Virus record (IMG/VR): IMGVR_UViG_3300014204_013755
Length of the DNA stretch: 64,000 bases
Source: an uncultured virus (IMG/VR IMGVR_UViG_3300014204_013755)
Lineage: Duplodnaviria; Heunggongvirae; Uroviricota; Caudoviricetes
Reading direction: 5' to 3' (one strand)
Shown: piece after piece, positions 9,495-19,060 of the stretch
Numbering within the stretch: position 1 is the stretch's first letter
Layout of the letters: every line of letters starts with the position of its first letter
Translations under genes and position numbers: made by a program
The notes under the pieces: generated by a model
The model's input: only the letters and a program-made list of their open reading frames with translations
Told to the model about the DNA's origin: nothing
Database searches by the model: none

Positions 9495-11581
9495 TATGCT
9501 AAATTTAATTTTTGAAAATATGCTTTTATTTCATTAGCATAATTATTAATAATATTAATGTCAATTTTATTTTTAGTTACATATTCACCACTTGATTCTT
9601 TTGGTATACCAAATACTGGATATATATCAACCGCTATTATATTTAATTTCTTTTTATACAAATTATCATTCATAACAGCCTTTTTTATAGCATCTGATGT
9701 TGTAGCTTCTTGATGTTTAGTCGTTAAAGTTGGTATAAAAACCTCATCTTTATCATTCACTTTTAAAATATTAAAAACATGAACCTCATTTGTTACAAAC
9801 AACGTAGTGATTGGAAATTTTAATTTATTTTTAAAAATAAAACATGGTGTATAATCACTTGCAGCTTTTATACTCTGTGTACCACCAGATTCCATATTAA
9901 ATGTTGTTCCTACTAAAAAAGAAATTAAATTTATATCTTTCGTATTTTTAATTTTATTTTTAGATATATCATATTTATCCATAAATTCTTTACTATATGT
10001 ATCAATTAAGAATAAGGCATCAAACCCACCAATATTCATATATTTGACCGCAACCATAGCTTCGTTTTCAGCTACTGTTTTACTTCTTGTTGACCATTTA
10101 AAATTTAACATATACAGGTCATTTATACCACGTCCTTTCAAATGTTCGGCTGGTACTTGTGTTTCTGATAAACCAATTCTTTTAACTCTTTCAGCAACAC
10201 TATTACCAGTACCAAGTGCGGTGTTTGTGGCATCAATTTTATCTTTTGATTCTGTGGAAATATTATCTTTCTGTTCTTTATTTAAAGCAAAAGATGGCGA
10301 GAATGGGTTCACCCTTTCTACATTAACTAAATCATTAAATCTTGATAAAGCTTTATACACATCTTGTTTCCAAATATTCTCTAATTTAGCATCACGAGTA
10401 CCATCTCCTTTTATATACTGCCTTTCAGATAATAAATGATAAGAATATAATTTACTCAAATTTATTTTCTTCGTAGCTGCTTCTTTATCAATTTTATTTT
10501 TTTGTTGTAATGTGAGTTCTTCAATTTTCTTGTTATATCTGGTAAAACCACCTAATAGTGCTTCATTAATCATATCATCTTCTAAATAAAAAAATGATTC
10601 AACTGTATTTCCACTATTTTTGGGAACTATATTTTTTTTCTTTATTATTTTACCATTTTTCACATCATTAAATTCAGCACCAACACTCTTTTTATCTTCA
10701 GACCCAACTACTTTTGTTGGTTCGGGTTTTATTATTGGTTGTAAAGTTTCAAAATCAACACGTTGACCATTGATAAATAATTCTCCAACGGGTGAAATAT
10801 AACCACCTAATTTTTTCACTGCTTCCCTTAATTTTACAAATTTAAATTTCAATATCATTAAATCAGCTTTATCATATGTAATTTGCAACTTCAACGATTT
10901 AAGTTTATTATTTTTCAATTCTAAATCATTCAGTGCTTTCTTCTCTTTTGGATTTGTAGCTTCTATTTTCTTAAATTCATCAGCATTTTTTTGATATGTT
11001 TTTATTGATTCATTTATTTTTCTTGATATTTCACTGATAGCCAAGTTGTTGATAGAATCTTTAAAAAACTCATTATTTACAATACTTTTAATATCTTTAG
11101 AATCTTTCAGTTGTGTCAGCACTTCTTGACCTCTTTTATCAACATCTATATAACTTTTTGTACCATCATCATTAGTAACTTCCATTTTTTTCAATTCGAG
11201 ATTTTCATCCCCAAACTTAAATTGTAAATTCGATTCAGTTGTATCACTTGTGATACCAGATGGTGTACCATCAGGGGTTTGTAATTCTCCACTGTTATTT
11301 TCATCGGGTGATGTCGCACCAATTGGGTTCACTGTTGTACCACTCATCGTTCCAGTTGTACTTCCAGATAAATATTCTTCAACACCATCTAATACAACAC
11401 CTTTAATATTTCTTATTGAGTGTAAAAATACTGCATTAGATAATCCATTACTAAATAATTTTAGTAAACTACCAACTGCTTTTCCTAATAAACTTTCACT
11501 CCAAGTTGTATCATTGGTAAACTCTTTAGCTTCTTTTATTTGTAAAAAATCTTTATAACTTGTTAAATTTTTTAATTTCAT
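9494..11581 (-). CDS. large hypothetical (putative virion) protein
   Basis: 695 aa; N-terminal SYKDFLQIKE; in the same gene run as the tape-measure-like gene. Confidence 0.55.
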   Translation of the reverse strand: MKLKNLTSYKDFLQIKEAKEFTNDTTWSESLLGKAVGSLLKLFSNGLSNAVFLHSIRNIKGVVLDGVEEYLSGSTTGTMSGTTVNPIGATSPDENNSGELQTPDGTPSGITSDTTESNLQFKFGDENLELKKMEVTNDDGTKSYIDVDKRGQEVLTQLKDSKDIKSIVNNEFFKDSINNLAISEISRKINESIKTYQKNADEFKKIEATNPKEKKALNDLELKNNKLKSLKLQITYDKADLMILKFKFVKLREAVKKLGGYISPVGELFINGQRVDFETLQPIIKPEPTKVVGSEDKKSVGAEFNDVKNGKIIKKKNIVPKNSGNTVESFFYLEDDMINEALLGGFTRYNKKIEELTLQQKNKIDKEAATKKINLSKLYSYHLLSERQYIKGDGTRDAKLENIWKQDVYKALSRFNDLVNVERVNPFSPSFALNKEQKDNISTESKDKIDATNTALGTGNSVAERVKRIGLSETQVPAEHLKGRGINDLYMLNFKWSTRSKTVAENEAMVAVKYMNIGGFDALFLIDTYSKEFMDKYDISKNKIKNTKDINLISFLVGTTFNMESGGTQSIKAASDYTPCFIFKNKLKFPITTLFVTNEVHVFNILKVNDKDEVFIPTLTTKHQEATTSDAIKKAVMNDNLYKKKLNIIAVDIYPVFGIPKESSGEYVTKNKIDINIINNYANEIKAYFQKLNLA

Positions 11582-11584
11582 TGT

Positions 11585-12421
11585 TTATTCTTTAATTTTT
11601 ATTCTCAATCCTCGATAAGAATATTTTATTGAATATAATTCAAAATAGTTATTATGAAATATTGGTAAATAACTCGATTTTTCACTATCATAAAGCAACT
11701 CACCATTGTAAATCATAACAAATTTTCTATCTAAATAACTTTCATATAATTTTTTCCCAGATAATCCTTCGGCCTGAAGTGGTACAGATGGTTTATCTTG
11801 AATTAATCTGACCTTATCAGGTGCATTATAATGAAAAACTTCTGTTTTTTTAAGTGGTTCAGAAGCTGTATCTTTAATTATTTTAGTGTCACTTGATACT
11901 TTTTTTTCTTTTTCTTCTGATTTTATATTTTTATTTTCATTATTAACTACTTTAACTTCTTCTTTAATTTTATTTACAACCTCAATGGGTTTTATTTCAA
12001 CCTCAGTGGGTTTTATTTCAACCTCAGTGGGTTTTATTTCAACCTCAGTGGGTTTTATTACCTCTACTACTTTAGGTTTATCGATTATTACTTCATTAAT
12101 AATATTTTTATTTTCTTTTACAACAGGTTCTGTAAAAATATCATCATCATCTTTCATTTCTTCAGCCTCAATTTCCATAAAAGAATCATTAATACTATTA
12201 TCAATATCAAAATCAATACTTGCAGTCTTTTCAGGTTTAGATAAATTAGAAACTATTTTTTGTTCAACTTCTTCATCAATAGTTTTTTCTTCAACTATAA
12301 CCTGAATAGGTTTTTTAATAATATTTTTATTTTCATCCAGAGAAACAACCATTTCTTCCTTTACTACGAGTTTCTTTGACGGGACTTTTATTTCTTCCTC
12401 TTTAACTATCTTTTTAGCCAT
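11585..12421 (-). CDS. low-complexity K/E-rich hypothetical protein
   Basis: 278 aa with IKPTEVE repeats; TAATATATA motif upstream. Confidence 0.6.
   Translation of the reverse strand: MAKKIVKEEEIKVPSKKLVVKEEMVVSLDENKNIIKKPIQVIVEEKTIDEEVEQKIVSNLSKPEKTASIDFDIDNSINDSFMEIEAEEMKDDDDIFTEPVVKENKNIINEVIIDKPKVVEVIKPTEVEIKPTEVEIKPTEVEIKPIEVVNKIKEEVKVVNNENKNIKSEEKEKKVSSDTKIIKDTASEPLKKTEVFHYNAPDKVRLIQDKPSVPLQAEGLSGKKLYESYLDRKFVMIYNGELLYDSEKSSYLPIFHNNYFELYSIKYSYRGLRIKIKE
11977..12064. repeat. 21-bp tandem repeat (~4 copies) encoding IKPTEVE
   Basis: CAACCTCAGTGGGTTTTATTT units at 11977, 11998, 12019 and 12040. Confidence 0.95.
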
Positions 12422-12446
12422 TTTAAAATGTTATTATTTATTTTCT

Positions 12447-12484
12447 TATATATTAAAAAATACGGGTGATATTTTTAATATATA
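12447..12484. promoter_or_regulatory. divergent pair of putative late promoters (TAATATATA)
   Basis: TAATATATA on minus (12447-12455) and plus (12476-12484) strands, each just upstream of a gene start. Confidence 0.55.
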
Positions 12485-12489
12485 ATATC

Positions 12490-13254
12490 ATGAAAGTAAT
12501 AAGTTACAACACATATTCATATCTAAAAGAAAATTATGATTTCCTTAATGAGGATTCAGAATTCAATCAATATCAATTTGGTATTGAACCTCACGGAATG
12601 GGGCCGGGTTATGGGTTTGCATCCGACCCACAGATTTCAATTTATTCAGATGATTCATCACCATACCGAGATAATTATTCACGAACCTCTCAAATGGCTA
12701 ACGATATATCCAGAATTTTAAATAGTATGGGTGGTATTATAGCTAAATCTATGAACATCGATATGTTTATTGAAGAAATAGATGAATATACTAACTTTAA
12801 AATACTTAGAATCTTTGTGAATGAAAAAAATATTATAGATGTCTATTTATCTTTCGAATTCCAAGGTGAAGAATATTTCGCTAAATATAAAGATTTTAAT
12901 GGTTTGAATAAACCACCAAAAATAACATCAGATTTATTCACTGATATAAGGTATAGGCATATCGATAGAGAATATTATCTAAAATTAAATAATTATATCT
13001 ATAAAATAATTTACAACTGGTTTATACCAGATAAGGGTTTCTATAAAAATTTAAAGAACGACCTTAATATTAGAAGTAATATGGGAGAAAATATATTATT
13101 AAAAGAGGGTGCAACAATTAGATTGTTGGGATATGATATTGATAACGATGGTAATCCATATTTAGTTTTAATGTACAAAGATGAAAAATATACAATTGAA
13201 AAAAATAATTTTTATTTTTTCAAATACTGGTTTGACCCAGTAGATGCAATTTAA
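12490..13254 (+). CDS. hypothetical (putative late/virion) protein
   Basis: ATG at 12490 lies right after TAATATATA; begins MKVISYNTYSYLKEN. Confidence 0.6.
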   Translation: MKVISYNTYSYLKENYDFLNEDSEFNQYQFGIEPHGMGPGYGFASDPQISIYSDDSSPYRDNYSRTSQMANDISRILNSMGGIIAKSMNIDMFIEEIDEYTNFKILRIFVNEKNIIDVYLSFEFQGEEYFAKYKDFNGLNKPPKITSDLFTDIRYRHIDREYYLKLNNYIYKIIYNWFIPDKGFYKNLKNDLNIRSNMGENILLKEGATIRLLGYDIDNDGNPYLVLMYKDEKYTIEKNNFYFFKYWFDPVDAI

Positions 13255-13267
13255 ATATATATAAAAT

Positions 13268-13597
13268 ATGAGCGATATTAAGAAATTTAATTCTTTTTTA
13301 AATGAAGAAACAACTGATAAAAAACAAAAAACCGTTTATAAAACGGTAATAGAAGTGGTTATTTTATCCGAAGAACCATTTGATGAAGATAATTTATCGT
13401 TGTCTCAAATAGAATATATGATAACCGAAGATGAATGCTTTGGGAAAATAACAACCAAATCACAAGATGTATTAATGGGAGAAGAAGCAGTCCTCGCAGT
13501 TAAAAATCAGGGTAGTGACCCAGCGTTTTTCCAAATGGATAATAAAGGTTTTGAAATAGCTGATGAAACTGATGATATAGATACCCAGAGTATCTAA
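13268..13597 (+). CDS. hypothetical protein with KFNSFLNE N-terminal motif
   Basis: MSDIKKFNSFLNEE; AAATATATA upstream. Confidence 0.55.
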   Translation: MSDIKKFNSFLNEETTDKKQKTVYKTVIEVVILSEEPFDEDNLSLSQIEYMITEDECFGKITTKSQDVLMGEEAVLAVKNQGSDPAFFQMDNKGFEIADETDDIDTQSI

Positions 13598-15177
13598 GAT
13601 ATTATATCAGCAAGCTTTTTCATTCTTATCGCCATTTTAAATTTCTTAAAAAATTCTTCGGGATAAATGCGACTATTCGCATCAAAAAATTTATAAATAG
13701 CTGTTATTGTTTCATCTCTTATTACTGTTTTCTTATGGTTTATAACCATTAGTGCTGTATCAGGACTTTTTTTATCTAACAATTTACTTATCAAATAGTG
13801 TGACCATTTTTTAATTTTAAATAATGATTTATTTAAACAATATTCTATTAATACACCACTACTATCAGTCAATATTTGCATATAATAAATATCATCTGGA
13901 AGTTTATATTTTGGATATTTTTTTAACAAAATATTGAAATAATTTTCGGAAAAAGCTATTATAGCCTCAGAAGCTACATAATTTTCATCATCAAAACCAG
14001 TATTTGTAATATAATCTCTAATTAACTCCATATCAATTGGGTCAGAACGAAATATGGTTTTTCTAATAACTTTTCTTACATCATCACTCTCAAATTTTAA
14101 AACAGTTTTTTGTAGAATCAATTTTAATGATTCTTTATTTATAGAACCTGCTAATCTTTCAAACAAATGATAATCATCCTGATAAATATCAACTTTACCC
14201 GAATTAACATAAACTTCTATAATATCATTTATGTTTTCTCTGTTTATAATAGGTTTTAAATGATTAAATATATTTTTACCAGATATACAATCAAATGATA
14301 TTAGTGTTGTCAATAAATCATAAGATTTCGCCTTCACGCACGAAGTAGAAATTTCTTCATATTTATTCGGTAAATCAATGTAGTTGTTTTCAACCAAATA
14401 TTTAAAACACTTAAAACTATCATTATTGATAACAGTGTAGAAAGCTAACTTATCAATATTAATAAATTTAAACAATTGTTTATTTTCAATTAAATAAGAT
14501 AAAGCAACATCATTGTCATAAAACACTGCTCTCATAGCGTATTTAGTGATGTTTTTTTTATTGATGGTTACGTTTTCTTTATTAAACAATTGTTTATCAT
14601 CAATAATATATTTTAATAATGGGAATTTATTTTCTTTAAAAAGTTCTTCAATATAAAGTGATTTGGCGTATTTAGATATCCTTTCATTTAAAAACATCAC
14701 ATTAATTACACCACTTGGGTTTTTAAGTTCTTTTAAATAGTCAAAAAGTTGCATATGATATGACCAATCATCGATATTAAAACGTTTATCATATATGATT
14801 AATTCAACTAAAAACGGTTTATCACATTTCACTGCGGTATCATACAAATCCCATAAGTTATCATTAATATCATTTTTAACATCATCTAAACGATAATTAG
14901 TTGAATTAGTAACTTCTCGCAAGATGTACCGTTCGGTATTTATATAACTAATATTTTTCTTTAAAATTTCTTCATCTTTATATGATTTCAAATAAATATG
15001 TTCAATTAAATCATCATTTACTCCTGTATTAATACAAATGTCCATAAATTCAAAAGAATATAAATTTGAATATCCTATTAAATCTAATATCATATTAATA
15101 CGTTCTTCAAGTGGTTTGAATGATAAACCAATAAGAAACTCTCTTAATATTGTAGCTGAAAATAATAAATTTAGCAT
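13594..15177 (-). CDS. helical (ankyrin-like?) repeat protein with C-terminal RxxK tag
   Basis: Repeated segments such as DNDVALSYLIEN and NDSFKCFKYLVEN; ends IRMKKLADIIS. Confidence 0.45.
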   Translation of the reverse strand: MLNLLFSATILREFLIGLSFKPLEERINMILDLIGYSNLYSFEFMDICINTGVNDDLIEHIYLKSYKDEEILKKNISYINTERYILREVTNSTNYRLDDVKNDINDNLWDLYDTAVKCDKPFLVELIIYDKRFNIDDWSYHMQLFDYLKELKNPSGVINVMFLNERISKYAKSLYIEELFKENKFPLLKYIIDDKQLFNKENVTINKKNITKYAMRAVFYDNDVALSYLIENKQLFKFINIDKLAFYTVINNDSFKCFKYLVENNYIDLPNKYEEISTSCVKAKSYDLLTTLISFDCISGKNIFNHLKPIINRENINDIIEVYVNSGKVDIYQDDYHLFERLAGSINKESLKLILQKTVLKFESDDVRKVIRKTIFRSDPIDMELIRDYITNTGFDDENYVASEAIIAFSENYFNILLKKYPKYKLPDDIYYMQILTDSSGVLIEYCLNKSLFKIKKWSHYLISKLLDKKSPDTALMVINHKKTVIRDETITAIYKFFDANSRIYPEEFFKKFKMAIRMKKLADIIS

Positions 15178-15255
15178 AATTATTTAAAAATATTTCAAAT
15201 ATAAGTGAAATAAATTAAACATAAAAATAATATATAAAAATAAAATTTTCTAATC

Positions 15256-15651
15256 TTGAAAATGTTTATACATATCACAATTAAAGATTTTTTAAAAGAA
15301 AATAAAGAATATGATATTTTATATCATGGTACAAGTATGCCATCGTGGAAACAAACGTATGATAATATTTCTTTACTTTATTTGTCTAACGAACAAATAG
15401 AAGCCAAAAATTATGCTTATGAAACTGCTGCTAATGATGAGGCTAAAGGTATTAAACCAGAACCCATTCTATGTATTATAGATTTAAAGACTCTTAAAAA
15501 AATAAAAGAAATAGAATTTCATCCCGATTGGGGCGGTTATGAGGTTGATGATAATACAACGTGGGAAGAAACATTAGAAAAATTTGGTTCTTTTTCAATC
15601 TCAGGAAAAATAGACGATATAAAATCACTATTTAAACTTATTAAATTGTAA
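15256..15651 (+). CDS. putative ADP-ribosyltransferase-fold protein (YHGT type)
   Basis: LYHGTS...LYLS...AKNYA; IKDFLKE near the N-terminus; TAATATATA at 15228. Confidence 0.4.
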   Translation: MKMFIHITIKDFLKENKEYDILYHGTSMPSWKQTYDNISLLYLSNEQIEAKNYAYETAANDEAKGIKPEPILCIIDLKTLKKIKEIEFHPDWGGYEVDDNTTWEETLEKFGSFSISGKIDDIKSLFKLIKL

Positions 15652-16548
15652 TTATTTTTTACTAATGAAATTATAAAGTTGAAACTCAACCTGACCTTTG
15701 ATATTCTTTTTATAAGTCAATTCGGAAGCAAAAGATGAGAATATAGTTTTATACGAACCCAATAATTTTTTATCTTCGAAAAGCTTTACTGTTCTACCGG
15801 GTGTACCTAAAGCACCAGCGACAGCGATATACTCATTTCCAAACACACTTTTCAAAAATGTAATCTTTAAACTCTTGGCCTGTTTCTTATCCAATAGTGT
15901 ATTTTCCCACATATTTTTCATATTCAGAATAGTGTCTGTATTCTTAACATCAATAGCCGTTGCCAAAGCATTTGATTTACCTGTTATTTCTTGTTCTTCA
16001 GCCTTCTGAATCTTATCGGCCTGTATTAATTTATATTGATTTTTCCTAATCTTATTAAAGTCAGCTCTGGCTATGGTTGTTTCTGTCATAACCCTATCGT
16101 TCATCTTGTAACCTTTGGGTGGAAGACGGAAGAAATCACCTATGAAAGTCATACTTTTTATATTAGATGCCTTAAATAAACGCCAAACTTTTTTAGTATT
16201 TTTTCTTTCTTTTATTGAATAACCATCCATATGAAAAGCCCTGATAAGTAAATTACCAGTGTTTTTATTTATACCCATTACAAGCGGTGCAATGATTCTT
16301 TCTCGCCCACCTTTCCATTTGTCTTGGTCACCCGAATAAAGGATTCTGATTAACATACCGTATTCGATTGCCTTAATCATTTTATCACGGTCAAATTTAA
16401 TTGGAGTATTTACAGGAAAATCTGGAATGAATTTATCAACATTTACACCTTGTATAACATCTTCATTAAGGACGTTCTTTAAGGTGTAAAATTCATCGTA
16501 TTTAATATCATTTACATAATATGGTCGAACTGAATCTTGTAATAACAT
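15652..16548 (-). CDS. WYL-like domain protein
   Basis: IRILYSG...RERIIAPLVMG...LLIRAF...WRLFKASNI follows the WYL pattern Y...R.I.P......L.A....R.F....I. Confidence 0.55.
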   Translation of the reverse strand: MLLQDSVRPYYVNDIKYDEFYTLKNVLNEDVIQGVNVDKFIPDFPVNTPIKFDRDKMIKAIEYGMLIRILYSGDQDKWKGGRERIIAPLVMGINKNTGNLLIRAFHMDGYSIKERKNTKKVWRLFKASNIKSMTFIGDFFRLPPKGYKMNDRVMTETTIARADFNKIRKNQYKLIQADKIQKAEEQEITGKSNALATAIDVKNTDTILNMKNMWENTLLDKKQAKSLKITFLKSVFGNEYIAVAGALGTPGRTVKLFEDKKLLGSYKTIFSSFASELTYKKNIKGQVEFQLYNFISKK

Positions 16549-16588
16549 TCAAAATATTATTTTTTACTATATATTAAAATAAAATATT

Positions 16589-16948
16589 CTATTCTAAAAT
16601 AGATTCAATTTTATGTATACGTTTTATTTGAGTTAATTCTATTACTTCGCTTTGATTTTGTTTATTAGCATAATAAAATACACCTTCATTAAAATATGCA
16701 TAATCTAAAAGTATTGAACTTCTTTTTTTTTCAGAGTAATTGTAAATTAGAATAATGTTTTTAGACCACACTTCAATACCATATTTATTATCTGGGTGAA
16801 TTTCTGTTAAAGTCATTATTGATGCCGATATTAAAAATTCCTGTTCCCAGTTAGGATATGTAATTTTATATGATAATATTGTAAGTGGCATACCATACAA
16901 TCCGTTTTCCTGTGGTTTAGCTTGTATTTTATGTGTAATTATACTCAT
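16589..16948 (-). CDS. hypothetical protein, C-terminal RxxK tag family
   Basis: ends KRIHKIESILE. Confidence 0.5.
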   Translation of the reverse strand: MSIITHKIQAKPQENGLYGMPLTILSYKITYPNWEQEFLISASIMTLTEIHPDNKYGIEVWSKNIILIYNYSEKKRSSILLDYAYFNEGVFYYANKQNQSEVIELTQIKRIHKIESILE

Positions 16949-17307
16949 ACTTCCAATATTTCTTTTATTTTTTCTTTTCGAATTAATTTATTTATTTTTA
17001 ATTTATCGGATGTATTCTCAACTAAATATAAGCAATTATTTATTATATGAAAATTTTCGAATGTTATATCAAATTTATTAACAAAATCAGCTTCTAAACA
17101 AGTCTCAAATATATTATCTGAAATTCTAATAAAAATTTTCCGATTTAATAAATGCTTACCATTTACTTTATAAAGCATATATAAAAACCCGTTAACTATT
17201 TTAATATATTTATTATCTATTTCATTTTTTATAAAAATAGCCATATTTTCTCTAATAATGACAGTTTTAGAGTCCAATATTACCTTATTTAGTTTTTGTA
17301 TTACCAT
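16945..17307 (-). CDS. hypothetical protein, C-terminal RxxK tag family
   Basis: ends IRKEKIKEILEV. Confidence 0.5.
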   Translation of the reverse strand: MVIQKLNKVILDSKTVIIRENMAIFIKNEIDNKYIKIVNGFLYMLYKVNGKHLLNRKIFIRISDNIFETCLEADFVNKFDITFENFHIINNCLYLVENTSDKLKINKLIRKEKIKEILEV

Positions 17308-17580
17308 TATTTTCCAAAAAGGTTTTTATTTTAGTTTGTCTCAGTTTTTTCGTAAAACACTTCTGTCATTTTCATCATTTGCAAAAATATACATAATTAT
17401 CTAATATTACACATCTTTAAAATAATAAATTCTTTGATGAGGTGACTAATGTTATAAAGGGGGTATTTCCTTCTATTCCGATATAGACATTGTATACGGA
17501 TATTGTTATTAAATCTTAGTATTTTTTATAATAATATTTTTTTATTCAGAAAATATGTTTTACTTTACAAAAAATTAATT

Positions 17581-18843
17581 ATGGTAACATCATCAATGAA
17601 AATAAAAATAATACCAGTGGATGTAATATCCAAGAACTGGATATTTGATATTTTTAATGTATCTTATAAGATTCTGAATCGGGCTTATGATATATCACGG
17701 ATGTTACATCAATATCCAGTAATAATGTCACCTGTTACACCACCCAAATCACAAGTATATAATTTAACTACTCAGGAATTTCCTAAAGTTATTACTACTT
17801 ATCTGAGAGATTGGGTATATCAAGCAGAAAACAATTATAAAAGTGATGTTAAAGCTGGTTTATTATCAGGTAAAAGAAGTCCAAGACTGTATAAGAAATA
17901 TGGTGCTACACGTTTTCAATTTTTGAAAAATTCTAATCCAAAATTAATAAAAGAAAATGGTGATTTTTTTATTCTTATTAACAGTAGAACAAATATCAAA
18001 TTTAAAATAATATTCGACAAAAAAACAGGACATCTTAAAACTATGTTAAATAGATTTTTGGATTTAGAAAATAAAAAATACAATCTTAACTCAACTTTTC
18101 TTATTAAATATACCAATAGAAAAGAACTGATGTTAATTCTATCCTATGAACAAGACATCCAAGGTTATGTTGGCATAGATAATAGAGTGATGGGTATTGA
18201 TATGGGTGTGAGAAGATTTATTTCTTTAAGAATAAATGACATACCAAGTTATCAGAAGTCTATTCATAGTGAGAAATTAGTTCAACAGAAGTATGGTATT
18301 GCTATGAAAAATAAAAGGGTACAGGAATCTTCTGTATTAGCTAAATCAGGTCATGGTAGAACAAGAAAAATGCAGGTTTATAATAAAGTAAAAGATTCTG
18401 AAACATCATTTACTGATAATGTACTGGATAAATTATCAAAAGAAGTAATTGAATCTGCTGCAAAATTAAAAGTTCAACAGATAAACATGGAACGTCTTGA
18501 TAAGAATTCTATGAAAGAACAAAATTCTTATCTTGGAAGATATTGGGGTGTTATGACTTTGATGAATTTAATCGAACAGAAAGCAATTAAACGTGGTATT
18601 ATTATCAAATATATTGACCCTTATCATACAAGTCAGATATGCTCTTGTTGTGGTTCTATTGGTGAAAGAAATGGTGCTGAATTTAAGTGTTTAAGTTCGA
18701 AATGTGATGATTTTAATAAAGTAATTGATAGCGATTATAATGCTGCAATGAATATAGCTACATCTGTTGATTATTTAGATGATGCAAGCAAAGGAAAATA
18801 TTACTTAAATAAAACCGAAAAGGTTTTAGAAGAAGTTCTTTGA
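17581..18843 (+). CDS. cas12f: compact type V CRISPR effector, Cas12f1 (Cas14/TnpB-derived)-like, ~420 aa
   Basis: RuvC-I MGIDMG, GHGRTRK, RuvC-II INMERL, DPYHTSQICSCCG zinc finger, RuvC-III DSDYNAAMNIA; CRISPR array 217 bp downstream. ATG 17581 preferred over TTG 17503. Confidence 0.85.
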   Translation: MVTSSMKIKIIPVDVISKNWIFDIFNVSYKILNRAYDISRMLHQYPVIMSPVTPPKSQVYNLTTQEFPKVITTYLRDWVYQAENNYKSDVKAGLLSGKRSPRLYKKYGATRFQFLKNSNPKLIKENGDFFILINSRTNIKFKIIFDKKTGHLKTMLNRFLDLENKKYNLNSTFLIKYTNRKELMLILSYEQDIQGYVGIDNRVMGIDMGVRRFISLRINDIPSYQKSIHSEKLVQQKYGIAMKNKRVQESSVLAKSGHGRTRKMQVYNKVKDSETSFTDNVLDKLSKEVIESAAKLKVQQINMERLDKNSMKEQNSYLGRYWGVMTLMNLIEQKAIKRGIIIKYIDPYHTSQICSCCGSIGERNGAEFKCLSSKCDDFNKVIDSDYNAAMNIATSVDYLDDASKGKYYLNKTEKVLEEVL

Positions 18844-19060
18844 AATAATATTGAGGTTTATTGGGTTGGACGTAAGTCCAGTAAATGAACTGCTATATAC
18901 ACTCACTAAAATGTATGGTGAGCGCAGGGATTAAAACCAGATAGTGAGGTCAGGAAAGCAAAAATTGGATTTTTGAAAGTAAAATTTTAAAAATTACATA
19001 CTTTTTTTCCACTAATACACTCACTAAATACCTTAAATTGAGTGATTTAAATTATGGTAT
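18844..19060 (+). ncRNA. candidate tracrRNA/scaffold plus leader
   Basis: Non-coding gap between effector and array with hairpins TGGAC-GTAA-GTCCA (18867-18880), CTCAC..GTGAG (18902-18922) and ATACC..GGTAT (19028-19060); 14-bp direct repeat ATACACTCACTAAA at 18897 and 19015. Confidence 0.45.

Noticed and set aside
425..11558. Plus-strand ORFs antisense to real genes (e.g. 425, 6890, 8573, 10044, 11250)
   Set aside because: Shadow frames of well-supported minus-strand genes with no recognisable motifs.
11977..12064. 21-bp repeats as a CRISPR array
   Set aside because: Head-to-tail without spacers and in frame in a protein linker.
17503..18843. IS200/IS605 element (TnpB) interpretation, and the TTG start at 17503
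   Set aside because: No tnpA or IS ends seen and a CRISPR array is adjacent; the 26-aa extension is low-complexity AT-rich sequence, so ATG 17581 is preferred.
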